Origin: Paramoeba atlantica
Lineage: Eukaryota; Protista; Discosea
Length of the DNA stretch: 64,000 nucleotides
Assembly (NCBI GenBank): GCA_977017575.1
Contig: CDRNVI010000054.1
Coordinates: forward strand, 682,001-746,000
Reading direction: 5' to 3'
How positions within the stretch are numbered: position 1 is the stretch's first letter; each line of letters begins with the position of its first letter. This document shows positions 23,799 through 35,680 of the stretch, one piece after another. The translations under genes and the position numbers were made by a program. Below the pieces are notes generated by a model. The model saw only the letters and a program-made list of their open reading frames with translations. It searched no databases and was not told the DNA's origin.

Positions 23799-24557
23799 TT
23801 GTTGCCCCCTCATGTGCAACTTCTTTGTTTCTTAAAGCACGTGACGAATCCGCATTCTACATGGAAACAATCCGTCTCATTAACCGAATGGGAGGGCGTA
23901 GATTTAGATGAAGACGGAAGACCCGAATATATTGAGTTCACGAACCAACGACTAAAAGGCGAACTGAGCTGGAAGTTTCTCCTCGACACGGTCAACACTT
24001 GTATTCTTTACGGGACGGAGCTGATCGGAACGATTCCATGGAGCTCACTGCCACGGGCTCTGACTTGTCTTGAGTTACAACACTGTAAATTCTCTGGTGC
24101 TCTTCCCACACGGCTGAATCCGCTTCCCGAGAGTGTCTCCACACTTAAGCTCAACGAGAACCTTTTTTCAGGTCCTATAGAACTAGAGGCATTACCTCAA
24201 AAACTCGAATTGTTTTCCATTACAAACAATTTATTAACCGGAGAATTCGACCTCACTCGACTTCCCCGTACCCTTAAAACGGTTTCGGCCTCTGAGAACG
24301 GCTTTACGGGCCCTTTAGTGCTTACCTCGCTCCCACCCACGCTGGGCTCTTTGCACCTTCGTGGGAATGCGTTCTCCGGATCCATCGATTTAACGAAGCT
24401 CCCGAAAACCTTGCACAGGTTGGATCTCAGCTGCAATGAACTTTCCGGAGTTGTGCGATGGAGGAAATTGCCACGTGTGCTTGTGATTTTTCGGTTGATG
24501 ACAAACCGTTTCAGTTCGTATGATCCTCCGCAGACCCCGGATATCATGCTTATTTGA
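23799..24557 (+). CDS. LRR protein (duplicate of 2571..3329)
   Basis: Identical translation. Confidence 0.8.
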   Translation: MLPPHVQLLCFLKHVTNPHSTWKQSVSLTEWEGVDLDEDGRPEYIEFTNQRLKGELSWKFLLDTVNTCILYGTELIGTIPWSSLPRALTCLELQHCKFSGALPTRLNPLPESVSTLKLNENLFSGPIELEALPQKLELFSITNNLLTGEFDLTRLPRTLKTVSASENGFTGPLVLTSLPPTLGSLHLRGNAFSGSIDLTKLPKTLHRLDLSCNELSGVVRWRKLPRVLVIFRLMTNRFSSYDPPQTPDIMLI

Positions 24558-24790
24558 ATGGCCGATGCCCTCGGGGTAGGATATAGAAGAAATGCACGAA
24601 AGAGTGTAATGCATGGTGAAGCTTTATTGAACGCCCTGAAAGAATAGCCAGCTGGCCACCTCATGGGAAAGTGGCGAGTCAGCCATTGTTTAAGATGTTG
24701 CGATTGATCTTACTTATACGAAATATAAGCCGTTAGGTGAATCTCGGTCGTAACCTACATGTACATGCAAATGTACATGTACCGGGAAAA

Positions 24791-25140
24791 TTGCGGTGGT
24801 TGTATAACTACCGCTCTACCCTCGATTATTGAAAAAAGGTGAACGAAAACATTGAAAATATAAAGAGGAACACAGTAATATAATAGAAGAAAAAAATATA
24901 AGAGGGGGCCCCGGTGGTCCAAAATTGAAAAAAATGGGGGGTCCAGGGAAAATCTTGATTTTCGAAATGGAGCGCAGGGAAGCGGTAGAGTAGGCCGCGG
25001 CGATGACTTTCCCCCCCCACCTAGGGGTACCCCCCCGGTACGCGCGGGAGGGGTCCGACAAGGTCAAAAATTCCGAAATTTTTGGGATGACTAAAAAGAA
25101 AAAAAAAATCGCGTTTTTTCGCGTTTAACGAAGAGCCTAA
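24791..25140 (+). mobile_element. Family A copy
   Basis: Duplicate of 3563-3912. Confidence 0.55.
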
Positions 25141-25194
25141 ATAATAATGTAATTTGTATCAGCTTGTATCAGTTTGTAGTAAACTCACTACAAA

Positions 25195-25947
25195 TTGAAT
25201 CCAGAGTATGTCAATACGTATTACTACGAATCTCCTACAGCATCTCATATCATTTACGCCAGCACATACATGACGCCGATATATTGTGGTATGTTTGTCC
25301 TAATTCGGTTAAGTGCAGTTGATGGGTCATCTCGGCCAAGCAAAGTACGTGGCACTGTGTTACCACAGGAGTACACATTGGCTCAATTTGTGAGTAATTT
25401 AACGGACAAGGAGTTAACATGGAGTGAGGAAACACCCGCGTGTGAGTGGAAGTACGTTGAATGCAACCCTGATAAGCAAGTAGTTTCTCTTGAGTGGAGC
25501 AACACGTTTCTTGATTCAGCGTTTTCTGACTACCCGTCCGTACAAGGGCAAGTGTTATGGGAATTTATCCCCAACACATTGCGTGTCTTTCGAGCCTGCC
25601 GGCAAGGCTTGACGGGGCCTGTGAAACTTTCCCTATTACCACCTCAGTTGCGCATTTTCGTTATAAATCTAAATTTATGTGACGGAACGCTGGACCTGAC
25701 TCTTTTGCCATGTGACTTAAAGAACCTTACATTGAATTCAAATAAGTTCGTCGGAGAAATTGACCTCACACGCCTCCCCGCATCACTTCAAAATTTGGAC
25801 CTTCATAACAATAGGTTGCACGGAAAACTGGATCTTGCGAAACTTCCTGAAGCACTAATTGTCCTCAGACTTTCTGACAATTATTTCGATATTCCGGAAT
25901 CTATTCCTGATCTTGTTGTGGTGGGTTCTCAGTCAAAATACTACTAA
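25195..25947 (+). CDS. LRR protein (duplicate of 3967..4719)
   Basis: Identical translation. Confidence 0.88.
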   Translation: MNPEYVNTYYYESPTASHIIYASTYMTPIYCGMFVLIRLSAVDGSSRPSKVRGTVLPQEYTLAQFVSNLTDKELTWSEETPACEWKYVECNPDKQVVSLEWSNTFLDSAFSDYPSVQGQVLWEFIPNTLRVFRACRQGLTGPVKLSLLPPQLRIFVINLNLCDGTLDLTLLPCDLKNLTLNSNKFVGEIDLTRLPASLQNLDLHNNRLHGKLDLAKLPEALIVLRLSDNYFDIPESIPDLVVVGSQSKYY

Positions 25948-26040
25948 TGGACACATCGTGCAAGATATTATTATTTATTAATAATAAATATCTTTATTAA
26001 TGATTATGATTATAAATATAATTATAAATCCAAAAGTTCC

Positions 26041-26447
26041 ACCGGTGAAACTTTAATTAAGAATAACATCAATTAACGTAATGTCTGACGAGAAAAAAAT
26101 GTTTACGTTAATTAATGCTACGTTAATTAAAGTTACGTTAATTAATGTTGTTGTGGCGCGATAGTAAAAAAATTAGTTTCACAATGGTTTACTATTTTTA
26201 AGCCCACAAGCTTGAACAAAGTTTGGGAACTTATCCAAAGTTCCACCTAAAGTGAAATAGTCCACCGCCTATGGGTGTAGTTTCCACGGGCAACGGGCCG
26301 TATTCTTGAGGCATCTGCTAGAAATTTAAAAAAAGAAATGGTTAATTATTTTTCGCCATTTTTTGACCAAAATTAATTATTACGTTAATTAATGCTACGT
26401 TAATTAGAAAAACGTACATTTTAATTACGTTAAAAAGTGTCACCGGT
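26041..26447. mobile_element. MITE-like element (duplicate of 4813-5219)
   Basis: Same TIRs. Confidence 0.55.
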
Positions 26448-27729
26448 ATATTATATCATTATAATTATTTATGAAATGGACAGTATAATTTTTATATTGC
26501 AGTGGTTGTATAACTACCGCTCTACACTCGATGATTGAAAAAAAGTGAACACAAACAGTGAAAATATAAAGAGGAACACAGTAGAGAACCACCGCGTTTA
26601 AGGAAGCGACTAAAAAAGAAATATATTTTACGACATTAACACGCCGCGAAGCGGCGCGAAACTTCTTTATTGCTCCTTTGGCTCTCTAAAAAAATATGTT
26701 TTGTGCTACAAGTACAGCGTGCGTGGTACTACCCCCTTCATGTGTTGAGCTACAGAGCTTCATCTTCACCCCTTTCCTTCCCTGACCTGGCCTTTCTGAC
26801 TGTCACTAACTGCCATGAATTTCACAGACTGCCACGAGTTTCACTGACTGACTGCACTGTGTCCAATAGCAACCAAATGTGCTGTTACGTCCTCTTGCAG
26901 CCACGCATTGATGCCCCCCGCAGCGAAAGCCTAGTACCACCATTGGCACTGAGAGCGCCGTTTGTAAATGAGTTTGAGAGCGCCGCTTGAAAAAGCGTCA
27001 TGCGGTGGCTCAGACTCTGCTGCATTGCCGAGGCGACCTCCTCGACGCTTTAGCTCCTTTCTTCAGTCCGGAGTTTGCAAGTTCAACTACGTTCTTGTGG
27101 ATGCCAGTCGCAATAATCCACTCTTTGTGGTTCACAACTTCTCTTCGTTGGCCTTGTCGCGTGCTCTTGTCCTCATCTCAGCGAGATGTCCGTAACTTCC
27201 GATGTCCTCTCCGCAACAGCGCGGGTGCGCCCACAGGCAGGTGTAAAACTGGCCTTGTTTACCTGTTCGCAAGATTTTGATGTTCACAAGATGTTAACTC
27301 TCGTTTACAATGCAGTAGATCTGTTTTTCTACCGAGGCAAGGTGGACCAACAACTACCCAGCCAACACGGAGAAAAATACCTCAGCTAAGCTGCTTACCA
27401 CATTCCCGTATTCATACATGATGTGTACCATCATCATGCATGTAGGGTGTTGTTGCAAGGGAACGGACAACGTAGGTTCGGTCACGTCACGTGGTCCCGT
27501 ATTAGGGTCCTGCGACGCATACGATCTTGTTGCTTGTGAGGCCATTAAGATACAGTAAAACGTAAGAAAAATAAAGCAGCAAGGTATGGAAACTATACAA
27601 AAAATATACGTCTCAGATGAGTGTGTAACACAAAATTATCCCCCTGCAGGGTTTCATTTTCTTGCCATTGGCCACACTAAGAAAGAGCTTGTTTCCCCTT
27701 GTTTTTCGTTTGTACACTAAAACCTGCAC

Positions 27730-28341
27730 ATGAACCTCTTGCCGAACTGGTGGGCCGCATCGGAGTCTTCCCCCTCCCCCCAGCGTGCCGATTTCGGAGG
27801 CAAACTCTCCGGGGCGGGTCTGCCCGAGGAATACCTTATGGAGCGCGTGGTACGCAACCTCTCCCCGAGCCATCCCACATGGCGCCCCTCCGTTGCGCTC
27901 TGTTCCTGGGAGGGGATCAAGTGCGATGGGGCGCAAAAAGTGACCTGGATCCGGTGGGATTGGCGACAGCTAAAAGGCACGCTCTCGTGGGCGTTACCCC
28001 CCGGTTTGGTGTATTTCGGCGTGCAATCCAATGAAATACACGGAGACGTTGAATTTTCACAGCTTCCCCTACATTTGCAACATTTTTATTTGAGCGAAAA
28101 TGGTTTTACCGGAAAGGTGGACCTCGCGGGTATGCCTCGAAGTTTAGATTGTATCGCATTGGACTGCAATTTGTTGAGCGGGGAAGTGGAGTTTCACGCC
28201 CTGCCACCAAATTTGCGGATGCTCATGTTGCAGAAAAATCCGGAATTAACTGGCATATTAGAGGAAAATGTGATGCCAAGGAAAGCAGAGTACAATTTTG
28301 CACGAACGCAGATAGTGTGTTGGAATGGAATGGTACAGTGA
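27730..28341 (+). CDS. LRR protein (paralog of 6502..7161)
   Basis: Near-identical; shorter C-terminus. Confidence 0.88.
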   Translation: MNLLPNWWAASESSPSPQRADFGGKLSGAGLPEEYLMERVVRNLSPSHPTWRPSVALCSWEGIKCDGAQKVTWIRWDWRQLKGTLSWALPPGLVYFGVQSNEIHGDVEFSQLPLHLQHFYLSENGFTGKVDLAGMPRSLDCIALDCNLLSGEVEFHALPPNLRMLMLQKNPELTGILEENVMPRKAEYNFARTQIVCWNGMVQ

Positions 28342-28451
28342 CTGATACAGATCGGACAGGGTGGGCGAATACTGTATCAGTACAAATAGGATTCTTTGCT
28401 AGTACATATGATCGGCACACAATATGATATTACATATTCTCGTCTCGCTTT

Positions 28452-28590
28452 ATAAAATCGCCTTTCGGGATACCTTTATTCCATACTCCTTGAACAAAGT
28501 GACGCTGACTTGAGGACTGTACCGGCGAGTCAGAAGATCAGTTACCATGCCGATGAGCTGGGCTTCTACTTTACATGGACGGACGAATAT
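28452..28590 (-). pseudogene. IS30-like relic, middle block only
   Basis: Homologous to 7711-7860. Confidence 0.5.
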
Positions 28591-28807
28591 AAGATAAGCG
28601 TATCATAAGTGCATGATGATTTATCCTCAATATTATGTTATCTGTCTCTAAATGTAACTCGGAGTTATTCGAACTATTTTCAGTACTGTATTTTCAGCAT
28701 TCATTCACAACTACTTTTGCCTGCACACCACTACTGGACTAATTTACACTAACCACAAACTAATCTACACTTATCTCAATACCCTTTTATTTCTCAATTC
28801 GATCCGT

Positions 28808-29515
28808 ATGTCAGATTCCCTACACGAAGTAAAGAGCTCGGAAGAATTCGCGTGCCGTCTTGGACGCGTCAACCCCCGCCTTCCCCCCGAATATCTTCTT
28901 GCACAATTTCTGGAACCCTTGTATCTCATCCCTATGGGATGGGAATTCAACACCACCTCGACAGCAGCATGTCAATGGTATGGAGTGCAATGCGACGCGG
29001 ATCAGCGCGTCACCAACATTGATTGGTCTCATATCGGGATGAAAAACAAAGTGAAGGGTGAGACTTTACGATGGGAACGATTGCCCGCAACCCTCTTATC
29101 CCTGAGTTTGTACAGAAACGATGAACTAAGCGGCTCTCTCCCATTAGAATGTCTTCCTCAACAAATGGTCGGTCTTTACCTGACTACTAATCTATTTTCC
29201 GGGACATTGGACTTGAGTTGCGTACCACACACGATGCAACACATGGGACTTGCTCTAAACCGTTTCAAACAGGCCCTACACTTTGACGCTCTCCCACAGG
29301 GTCTCAAGACGCTTTCCTTGAAGTACAATTTCTATTTACGCGGGACGTATGACCTCACAACGCTTCCGAGCGGTCTTGTGTTGGATCAGACCTTTTTCAC
29401 AGACAGCACTCTTCTGGCTGATCAAGCGCACGGTGGACCAAGCGTCCTCTCATGCACGAGTCCTCTCATTCCAGAGTGTGTCTTCGTTGACATGGATGAG
29501 TGCCGAATTGTTTGA
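28808..29515 (+). CDS. LRR protein (paralog of 8757..9464)
   Basis: About 5 amino-acid differences. Confidence 0.88.
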   Translation: MSDSLHEVKSSEEFACRLGRVNPRLPPEYLLAQFLEPLYLIPMGWEFNTTSTAACQWYGVQCDADQRVTNIDWSHIGMKNKVKGETLRWERLPATLLSLSLYRNDELSGSLPLECLPQQMVGLYLTTNLFSGTLDLSCVPHTMQHMGLALNRFKQALHFDALPQGLKTLSLKYNFYLRGTYDLTTLPSGLVLDQTFFTDSTLLADQAHGGPSVLSCTSPLIPECVFVDMDECRIV

Positions 29516-29929
29516 CCCGTTGGTTTATGAACCGTAATCGGGAAACACTGGGTCACGTGGGATATGGTTTTGTTGAAAACTTACAAACTGCTTTTTACAA
29601 AACTGTCATAGATGAAGAATATCACCAAAATCCATAGCAAGCTGCTGTAACAATTACTAAGAATTATTAATAATACCGGTAAGGCACTCTTATTAAGAGT
29701 GTCGGTAGGACATGTACTATCAGTGTCCCGGGAAGACCGCGTGAAAGCCCTTACCATACTTCCCCATGCTGAGGGTGTGTCAAGTTTGGGACGAAATTTG
29801 TTCCAGAAACATTTAAACACTTTTTTGTGTTACTGTATGCTTCGGTAGTTCGGCGTCTGTACCATCAGTGGGATAGCAGTGCCTGGGAAGACGACGTGGA
29901 GGTCCATAAGGATTCTTTTAAGGATCATT

Positions 29930-30808
29930 AAAGAAGTTTCGAACCATTCCTTGGAAGGGCTCATCGGATAGAATGGGACATTTTGTTCTCAATGTGGAGC
30001 ATGTGCCCAAATTCTCGTTTCGGACTAGGTACAATTGGTTGCTTGTTGGAAAACTCGAATGTGTTTATATTTTTGAGAAACAGTGCATTTCCAATAATCT
30101 TCCACAACTTGACGTTGCATGATCGTCCAACATGAGATCAATTTCGGCTTCAAGAATCTTTCGTGTTCCATTCTTTTCAAAATGTCGTTGCACCCTACTC
30201 TTTTTTCCGAAGTACACTAACATCGCTTCAACGATAATACACTTCATCTGATGGACAGCTTTGTCCGTAGAAAAGTCCGTGTATTTGACTAAGAGACTTA
30301 TTTTAAGAAGAAAGCGCACAGAGTATAAAAATAGGTGACCGTAGCTGCTTGTGATAACACATCCGAAGATACTGTACAAGATTTGATTGTGGCAGTGGAC
30401 TTGCTGTGGCAGTATACCACTGAAAAGGGTAAAGAAACCATTCACTCGTTGAAGACCGGTCGTGTCGGATGTTTCACACAAATTGCCGAGTACACGAAGT
30501 TCAATAGGTAAATAAAATATTTTCATCATATTCTCCTGGTCATCCACTGTGAAGGTAGTTGCTATTTTCGAAGAGTTGCTTGTTTTGAGCGCAGCTCGAA
30601 TGTGCTCATACCCTGACCACCAGCGCGTCTCATTCTTTTTGGGAAGAGTATTTCCCGTGCTTCCTTCGTACCCGTCGCAAAGCGCAAGACATGCAATCCA
30701 CTCAGGTATTAATGAGGTCCTTTGCCAAAACGGACGCTGCGTCTCGCAAATTATATCATTACATAGAAGTTGTACACCACGTGGCCAACACGGTAAAATA
30801 AATGCATG
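29930..30808 (-). pseudogene. hAT transposase C-terminal half (second copy)
   Basis: LPKKNETRWWSGYEHIRAAL near 30590-30645; homologous to 9832-10740. Confidence 0.65.
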
Positions 30809-30809
30809 A

Positions 30810-31500
30810 TTGCGGTGGTTGTATAACTACCGCTCTACCTTCGATTATTGAAAAAAAAGTGAACAAAAACAGTGAAAATATAAAGAGAAACACAGTAATA
30901 TAATAGAAGAAAAAAAAATAAAAGGGGGCTCCGGTGGGCCAAAATTGAAAAACAAAATTGAAAAAAAATGGGGGGTCTAGGGGGGATCATGGTCGAGCAA
31001 ATTTTTTTTAAAAACATTAGTTTTCGAAAAAAAACCGCAGAAAGGGTAGCCGGGGTCTTGGTGCGCATTTTCCACCCCCCTACCCGGGGGTGACCCCCCC
31101 GCGTATCCGCAGGACGGGTCCGCCAAGTTCGGATTTTTTCGGAAAAAAACTGAAAAAAATTTGAACTTGGTGAAAAAAATGGCAAAAAAAATATTCTTTC
31201 AAAATCCTTTGCCCTATTGTATTTTTATAGTTTGGGCCCTATACTAGCTTTCTACACCGTTGTTATCGCAAGATATCCATTGTTCGAGCCGTGGTGCCCC
31301 CCTACAACTGACCCATTTTTGACTAAAAAAGGTGAAAAAGTATTTTTCGGGCCTAAAGGGGCATTTTTGTGTCGAAAGAATGGTATGGTTGGAGTCGCAT
31401 TCTCTACCCAATACGTTTGGTAGGCTTTGCTCCATCACTATGAGTCATTTCCCACACGCAAATATCAGATTTAGTGCTCTGAGAGCCAAAATACGCAAAG
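30810..31500 (+). mobile_element. Family A long copy
   Basis: Begins TT-gcggtggttgtataactaccgc; absent at the orthologous position of unit 1 (~10740). Confidence 0.6.
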
Positions 31501-31690
31501 AGAGAGACATTAGATTCTTGTCCGGAAGGAAAAGGTCCAATTACACGTGATACACGAGCCACTGGAGTTCGCAAAACAGTCCAGTTGCTTAACGGTCGAC
31601 GTGGCACCAGATCCTCCCAAGAATTCATAGGACAATAATTTTCAGGAGAAGTTTTCTATTGTTCCTAAACAAGGTCCTGCACCTTTTGTA
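31500..31690 (-). pseudogene. Homologue of 17400-17600 (putative hAT 5' part)
   Basis: ttcttgtccgg...gtgatacacgagccactggagttcgc...aggacaataattttcaggagaag is shared. Confidence 0.5.
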
Positions 31691-31736
31691 TACACTTTTT
31701 TACTCTCGGGCACGCGTAGCCCTATTACGTAAATAG

Positions 31737-32146
31737 TCGATAACGGTCGAGGACCGGACATTTGTTTCCTTTTGGGGCGGAATCTAGTCCTAGTGGACGT
31801 GACGGTGGTAAACCCACTGGCACCGTCTTATGTGGACAAGGAGGCAGCTGAGCCCTCCTTCACCGCGAGGCAGGCAGAGCGCCTCAAAAGGCGCACTCAC
31901 GAGGAAATGGCGGGAGCCAGGGAGATGTATTTCTTCCCATTGGCCCTCACCACGTACGGTGTCCCCGGCCCCGAGACCCTCCAGTTTCTAAATCTGGTCG
32001 CTCGGAAGGCCACCGGCGAGAAGAATGGCTGCCTCAGCCACTTTATCATGGTAACCATCCAAAAGGGGAACGCCCAGATAGCGCACGCCGCGGTACAAAA
32101 CTGGTACCGCAGGGGCGTGCGCTAATGGGCTCGGGGGATGACAAAA
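31737..32146 (+). mobile_element. 5'-truncated CRE-like retroelement (RLE C-terminus), distinct family
   Basis: GPDI...LVDVTVVNPLAPSY...AE..K....FFPLALTTYG...IQKGNA; A-rich tail; aaatag on both sides; empty site at ~17755. Confidence 0.75.
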
Positions 32147-32376
32147 AAATAGGGCCGTTTCTGTAATTACTAAGTACATGCTCTGATTTTTTTTGTAACA
32201 GACCCCCGTAGTTATCTGTCACATTTCCACGAAACGTAGTGACACATAACTCGAAAAATATAACTCGTTAATCACTGCATCCTTCCTAAAATTCTGTACG
32301 TAAACTTTTAATATATTTTTTTAGATAATAATTTATATTCTCACTTTACAAGCTACACTTAACGCTACACGCGATC

Positions 32377-33246
32377 ATGCGGCTAATATGTTCGGATATT
32401 CAGGAACCATCGACTAAACGTCGTAAAGTAGAAACTCCAGTATCTTCGAACACCGATTCCTATGAACATAACGCGAATATGAGATCGCGTATTGCCAAAG
32501 TGAGCGCTGCGAATTTACCTCAGGAGTATCTACTCGTTCGTCTCCTCGCGGAAGTCAACAACTTGGACGAATCGTGGAGTCTTGACACGCCAGCATGTGA
32601 GTGGGAAGGTGTGAGTTGTAACGAGCGGGAAGAAGTCAGTCGCGTGAAATGGGGTCAACTAGATTTGTCAGTTACTATGAACTTTATTCATCTCCCACAT
32701 AGTCTGAACAATTTTGATGCGCGTCAGAACGCGCTGGAAGGGACAGTGCCTCTCACGCGCTTGCCTTCGGAACTGCGATCACTAACTCTGTACGAAAATC
32801 TATTTGAAGGCGAGTTGGACCTGACTTCTCTTCCTTACTGCTTCGAAGATTTAACTTTGAATAGCAACAGATTCAATGGAACTGTATGTTTGACGAGTCT
32901 GCCGGCTAGTATGCAAAGTGTGAACTTTAGCGAAAATCGTCTTACCGGGTCTATTGATTTGACTTTGCTTCCACCTAAAATTTGGCAAGTACGCCTCTCT
33001 GGAAATCAGTTGTCCGGCGAGCTCGATCTTCGGCAACTTCCTTCCAGGGTTTTGCAACTTGATTTGTCGCAAAATAAGTTTTCTGGTGATGTGGACTTAG
33101 CGAAGCTTCCATCCTCATTGCTGACTTTGAAATTATCGAATAATGCTAACTTGTGTAGCAATGTAACAAGATCACAATTACCTGTCCGTGTGCAACAGTT
33201 TGGTTTGTCCGTATATAATACACAGATAAAGCTGGAGAATCATTGA
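32377..33246 (+). CDS. LRR protein with NLS-like motif (paralog of 17981)
   Basis: PSTKRRKVE; LRRs. Confidence 0.9.
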   Translation: MRLICSDIQEPSTKRRKVETPVSSNTDSYEHNANMRSRIAKVSAANLPQEYLLVRLLAEVNNLDESWSLDTPACEWEGVSCNEREEVSRVKWGQLDLSVTMNFIHLPHSLNNFDARQNALEGTVPLTRLPSELRSLTLYENLFEGELDLTSLPYCFEDLTLNSNRFNGTVCLTSLPASMQSVNFSENRLTGSIDLTLLPPKIWQVRLSGNQLSGELDLRQLPSRVLQLDLSQNKFSGDVDLAKLPSSLLTLKLSNNANLCSNVTRSQLPVRVQQFGLSVYNTQIKLENH

Positions 33247-33414
33247 ATCAAGTAAAATAAAGGTGCAGAAAAAAGTGTATAACGTGTTGTACGCCCTTGA
33301 TTAATTTTTTTCGCTTAACATCACTATATAATATGTATAACAGATCAAAAGCAATGTCCGAAAACTGCAATTTAAAGATAGAATTTCTATTAAAAAAGCA
33401 TTTTCTACTTTGTA

Positions 33415-34320
33415 ATGCTACACATGCTCGCACGGTTTTCATGTTCGGATATTCAGGTACCGTCTTTTAAACGCCGTAAAGTCGAACCTTCATTATTTTC
33501 GAACACCTATTCGGAAGGCCAAACCGCAAATAGGCGATCGCGTCTCGCCAAAGTAAGTTACACGAATTTACCTCAGGAGTACCAACTCGCACGGCTTGTC
33601 GCCGAAGTCTACGAATCTAATACTGCAGAATTACCCAAATGGTGGAGTGATCACATCCCAGCGTGTCGGTGGACAGGTGTCACTTGTAACGAGCGGGAAG
33701 AAATCAGCCGCGTGAAATGGGGTGGAATGCACTTGGCAGGAAAAATGAACTTGAATTATCTTTCACATACTCTCCAAGTTTTTGATGCCCATCAGAACGC
33801 GCTGGAAGGGACCATGCCGCTCACGCCCTTGCCTTCGGAATTAGAAGATCTGATTCTGTACGAAAATCGGTTCGAAGGGGGGTTAGATTTAACTTCTCTT
33901 CCGCAATGTTTCGAAGATTTAACTTTGAATAATAACAGATTCAATGGAACTGTATGTTTGACGAGTCTGCCGGTTGATATGCATAGTGTAAACCTTAGCG
34001 AAAATCTTCTTACCGGGTCAATTGATTTAACTTCGCTTCCTAGAATTTGGGGTATACACCTATCAGGAAATCAATTGTCCGGCGAGCTCGATCTCCGACA
34101 ACTTCCTTTATGGATTTCTGAACTTGATTTGTCGCGCAATTTGTTTTCTGGTCCTCTCGACTTGACGAACCTTCCATCTTCATTGACGAATTTGAATTTA
34201 TCAGATAATGAGGAGTTATGTAGCAATATAGCAAGATCACAACTGCCTTTCATTCTGCAACGGTCCGGGTTAAGTATACACAACACACAGATTAAACTAG
34301 AGAACCATTGCACGCGATAA
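33415..34320 (+). CDS. LRR protein with NLS-like motif
   Basis: PSFKRRKVE; ACRWTGVTC cap; LRRs. Confidence 0.9.
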   Translation: MLHMLARFSCSDIQVPSFKRRKVEPSLFSNTYSEGQTANRRSRLAKVSYTNLPQEYQLARLVAEVYESNTAELPKWWSDHIPACRWTGVTCNEREEISRVKWGGMHLAGKMNLNYLSHTLQVFDAHQNALEGTMPLTPLPSELEDLILYENRFEGGLDLTSLPQCFEDLTLNNNRFNGTVCLTSLPVDMHSVNLSENLLTGSIDLTSLPRIWGIHLSGNQLSGELDLRQLPLWISELDLSRNLFSGPLDLTNLPSSLTNLNLSDNEELCSNIARSQLPFILQRSGLSIHNTQIKLENHCTR

Positions 34321-34547
34321 ATTTCGTGCGCACATTATGTAAAGTGTACTACGCGTTGTTCACCACTACAACTAAAAACTAATTTATTTCAATAAATGTC
34401 TTATAAAGCGCGATGTACCTTTAGAAAGAAAGATATAATTTAGAAACAAGTTGGAGGATAAATGTATTAGAAACATGGAAAATACTTTTGAAATAGAACA
34501 AGATTTGAAAATAGAATAATAGACAATTTACACATCTGGCGCTTCGT

Positions 34548-35555
34548 GTGAAGAGATTCTCTGTTACGTTTATTATAAAGAATGTGCCTAAAAAACGTTT
34601 AATCGTTAAGCTTTGTAATTCGTTTATCTCTTTCTATTTGCTAATGCACGTCTCGTGGCCGTTGTTTCCTCTTTGTGTTAAATTACACGGTTCCGACTCC
34701 CCTAGGGGCATCCATCGCGGCCGTGTGGCCTCCGCACTTCTTCCTCAAGAACTGCAAATTCAGAGATTTGTCGCCCATGTGAGAAACCCTCACTCTTCCT
34801 GGAGAACCACAATGTTGTGGTTGGGATTCTGGAAACAAGAAGTTTCGGTGTGTTCTTGGGAAGGCATCGAATGTAACTCTCAAAAACAGGTCCGCAGCAT
34901 TAACTTTAGCGAGATGAAACTGGAGGGTAACTTAAGCTTTGGCTGCGTCCCGTCGAGCTCTCGAATTGTGGATGTCTCTCAGAATCTGTTGTTGGGCTCA
35001 GTTGACCTGGGCGCTCTTCCCACAGAACTTCATTTGCTCAACTTGGGTACTAATCTGATGGATGGCACGCTTGCACTAGAGCAGCTTCCACCAAAACTGG
35101 AGTATTTCAATGTCGGTTGCAACAGGTACACGGGACACGCTTTCTTGGAGTCGCTCCCGAATACCCTGGTTCGAATTATTATGGTACAAAATTTAATGAG
35201 TGGCGAACTTGATCTTTCCCACCTTCCCACCGTGCTACGTTCCGCGAATTTTGGCAACAATTGTTTCACCGGGTCGCTCAATCTTACTCAACTGCCCCGG
35301 ACGCTGGTTCACTTGCAATTGGACCATAATATGTTTGAAGGTTGCGTTGATCTTTCCTCTCTCCCTGTCGATCTCTTAGAGATTTTTCTTGATCACAACC
35401 AATTGACAGATGTCATTTTTCCGTCCCAGGTACCTAGATGGTCACTGACTCTATACTATAATCGAATTCACCTTGCGGACAAGCTTGGCCCAAGCTTGGT
35501 TAGCACAGCCTCCGCATCATTCATTTTGCAACCTCAGCGGCCTAATTCTCAATGA
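34548..35555 (+). CDS. LRR protein (likely ATG at 34644)
   Basis: RGRV...LPQELQIQRF, CSWEGIEC cap, ~8 LRRs. Confidence 0.88.
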   Translation: MKRFSVTFIIKNVPKKRLIVKLCNSFISFYLLMHVSWPLFPLCVKLHGSDSPRGIHRGRVASALLPQELQIQRFVAHVRNPHSSWRTTMLWLGFWKQEVSVCSWEGIECNSQKQVRSINFSEMKLEGNLSFGCVPSSSRIVDVSQNLLLGSVDLGALPTELHLLNLGTNLMDGTLALEQLPPKLEYFNVGCNRYTGHAFLESLPNTLVRIIMVQNLMSGELDLSHLPTVLRSANFGNNCFTGSLNLTQLPRTLVHLQLDHNMFEGCVDLSSLPVDLLEIFLDHNQLTDVIFPSQVPRWSLTLYYNRIHLADKLGPSLVSTASASFILQPQRPNSQ

Positions 35556-35680
35556 GTTTATCAAGTTATCAAACGTTCATACTGTTGGTCATACCTTCCC
35601 CTCCCCTTCACGAAAGTAAATTCTTTACAATGTTCGCGAAGACTACAGTATAGTAAAATATCGTTTTTTTTTTAATATTA

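Larger units (their letters stand above)
21232..28380. repeat. Segmental tandem duplication, copy B
   Basis: Near-identical to 1-7150. Confidence 0.95.

Noticed and set aside
17981-34320. Diversity-generating retroelement acting on LRR genes
   Set aside because: No template/variable repeat pair with adenine-specific differences; the RTs present are non-LTR types.
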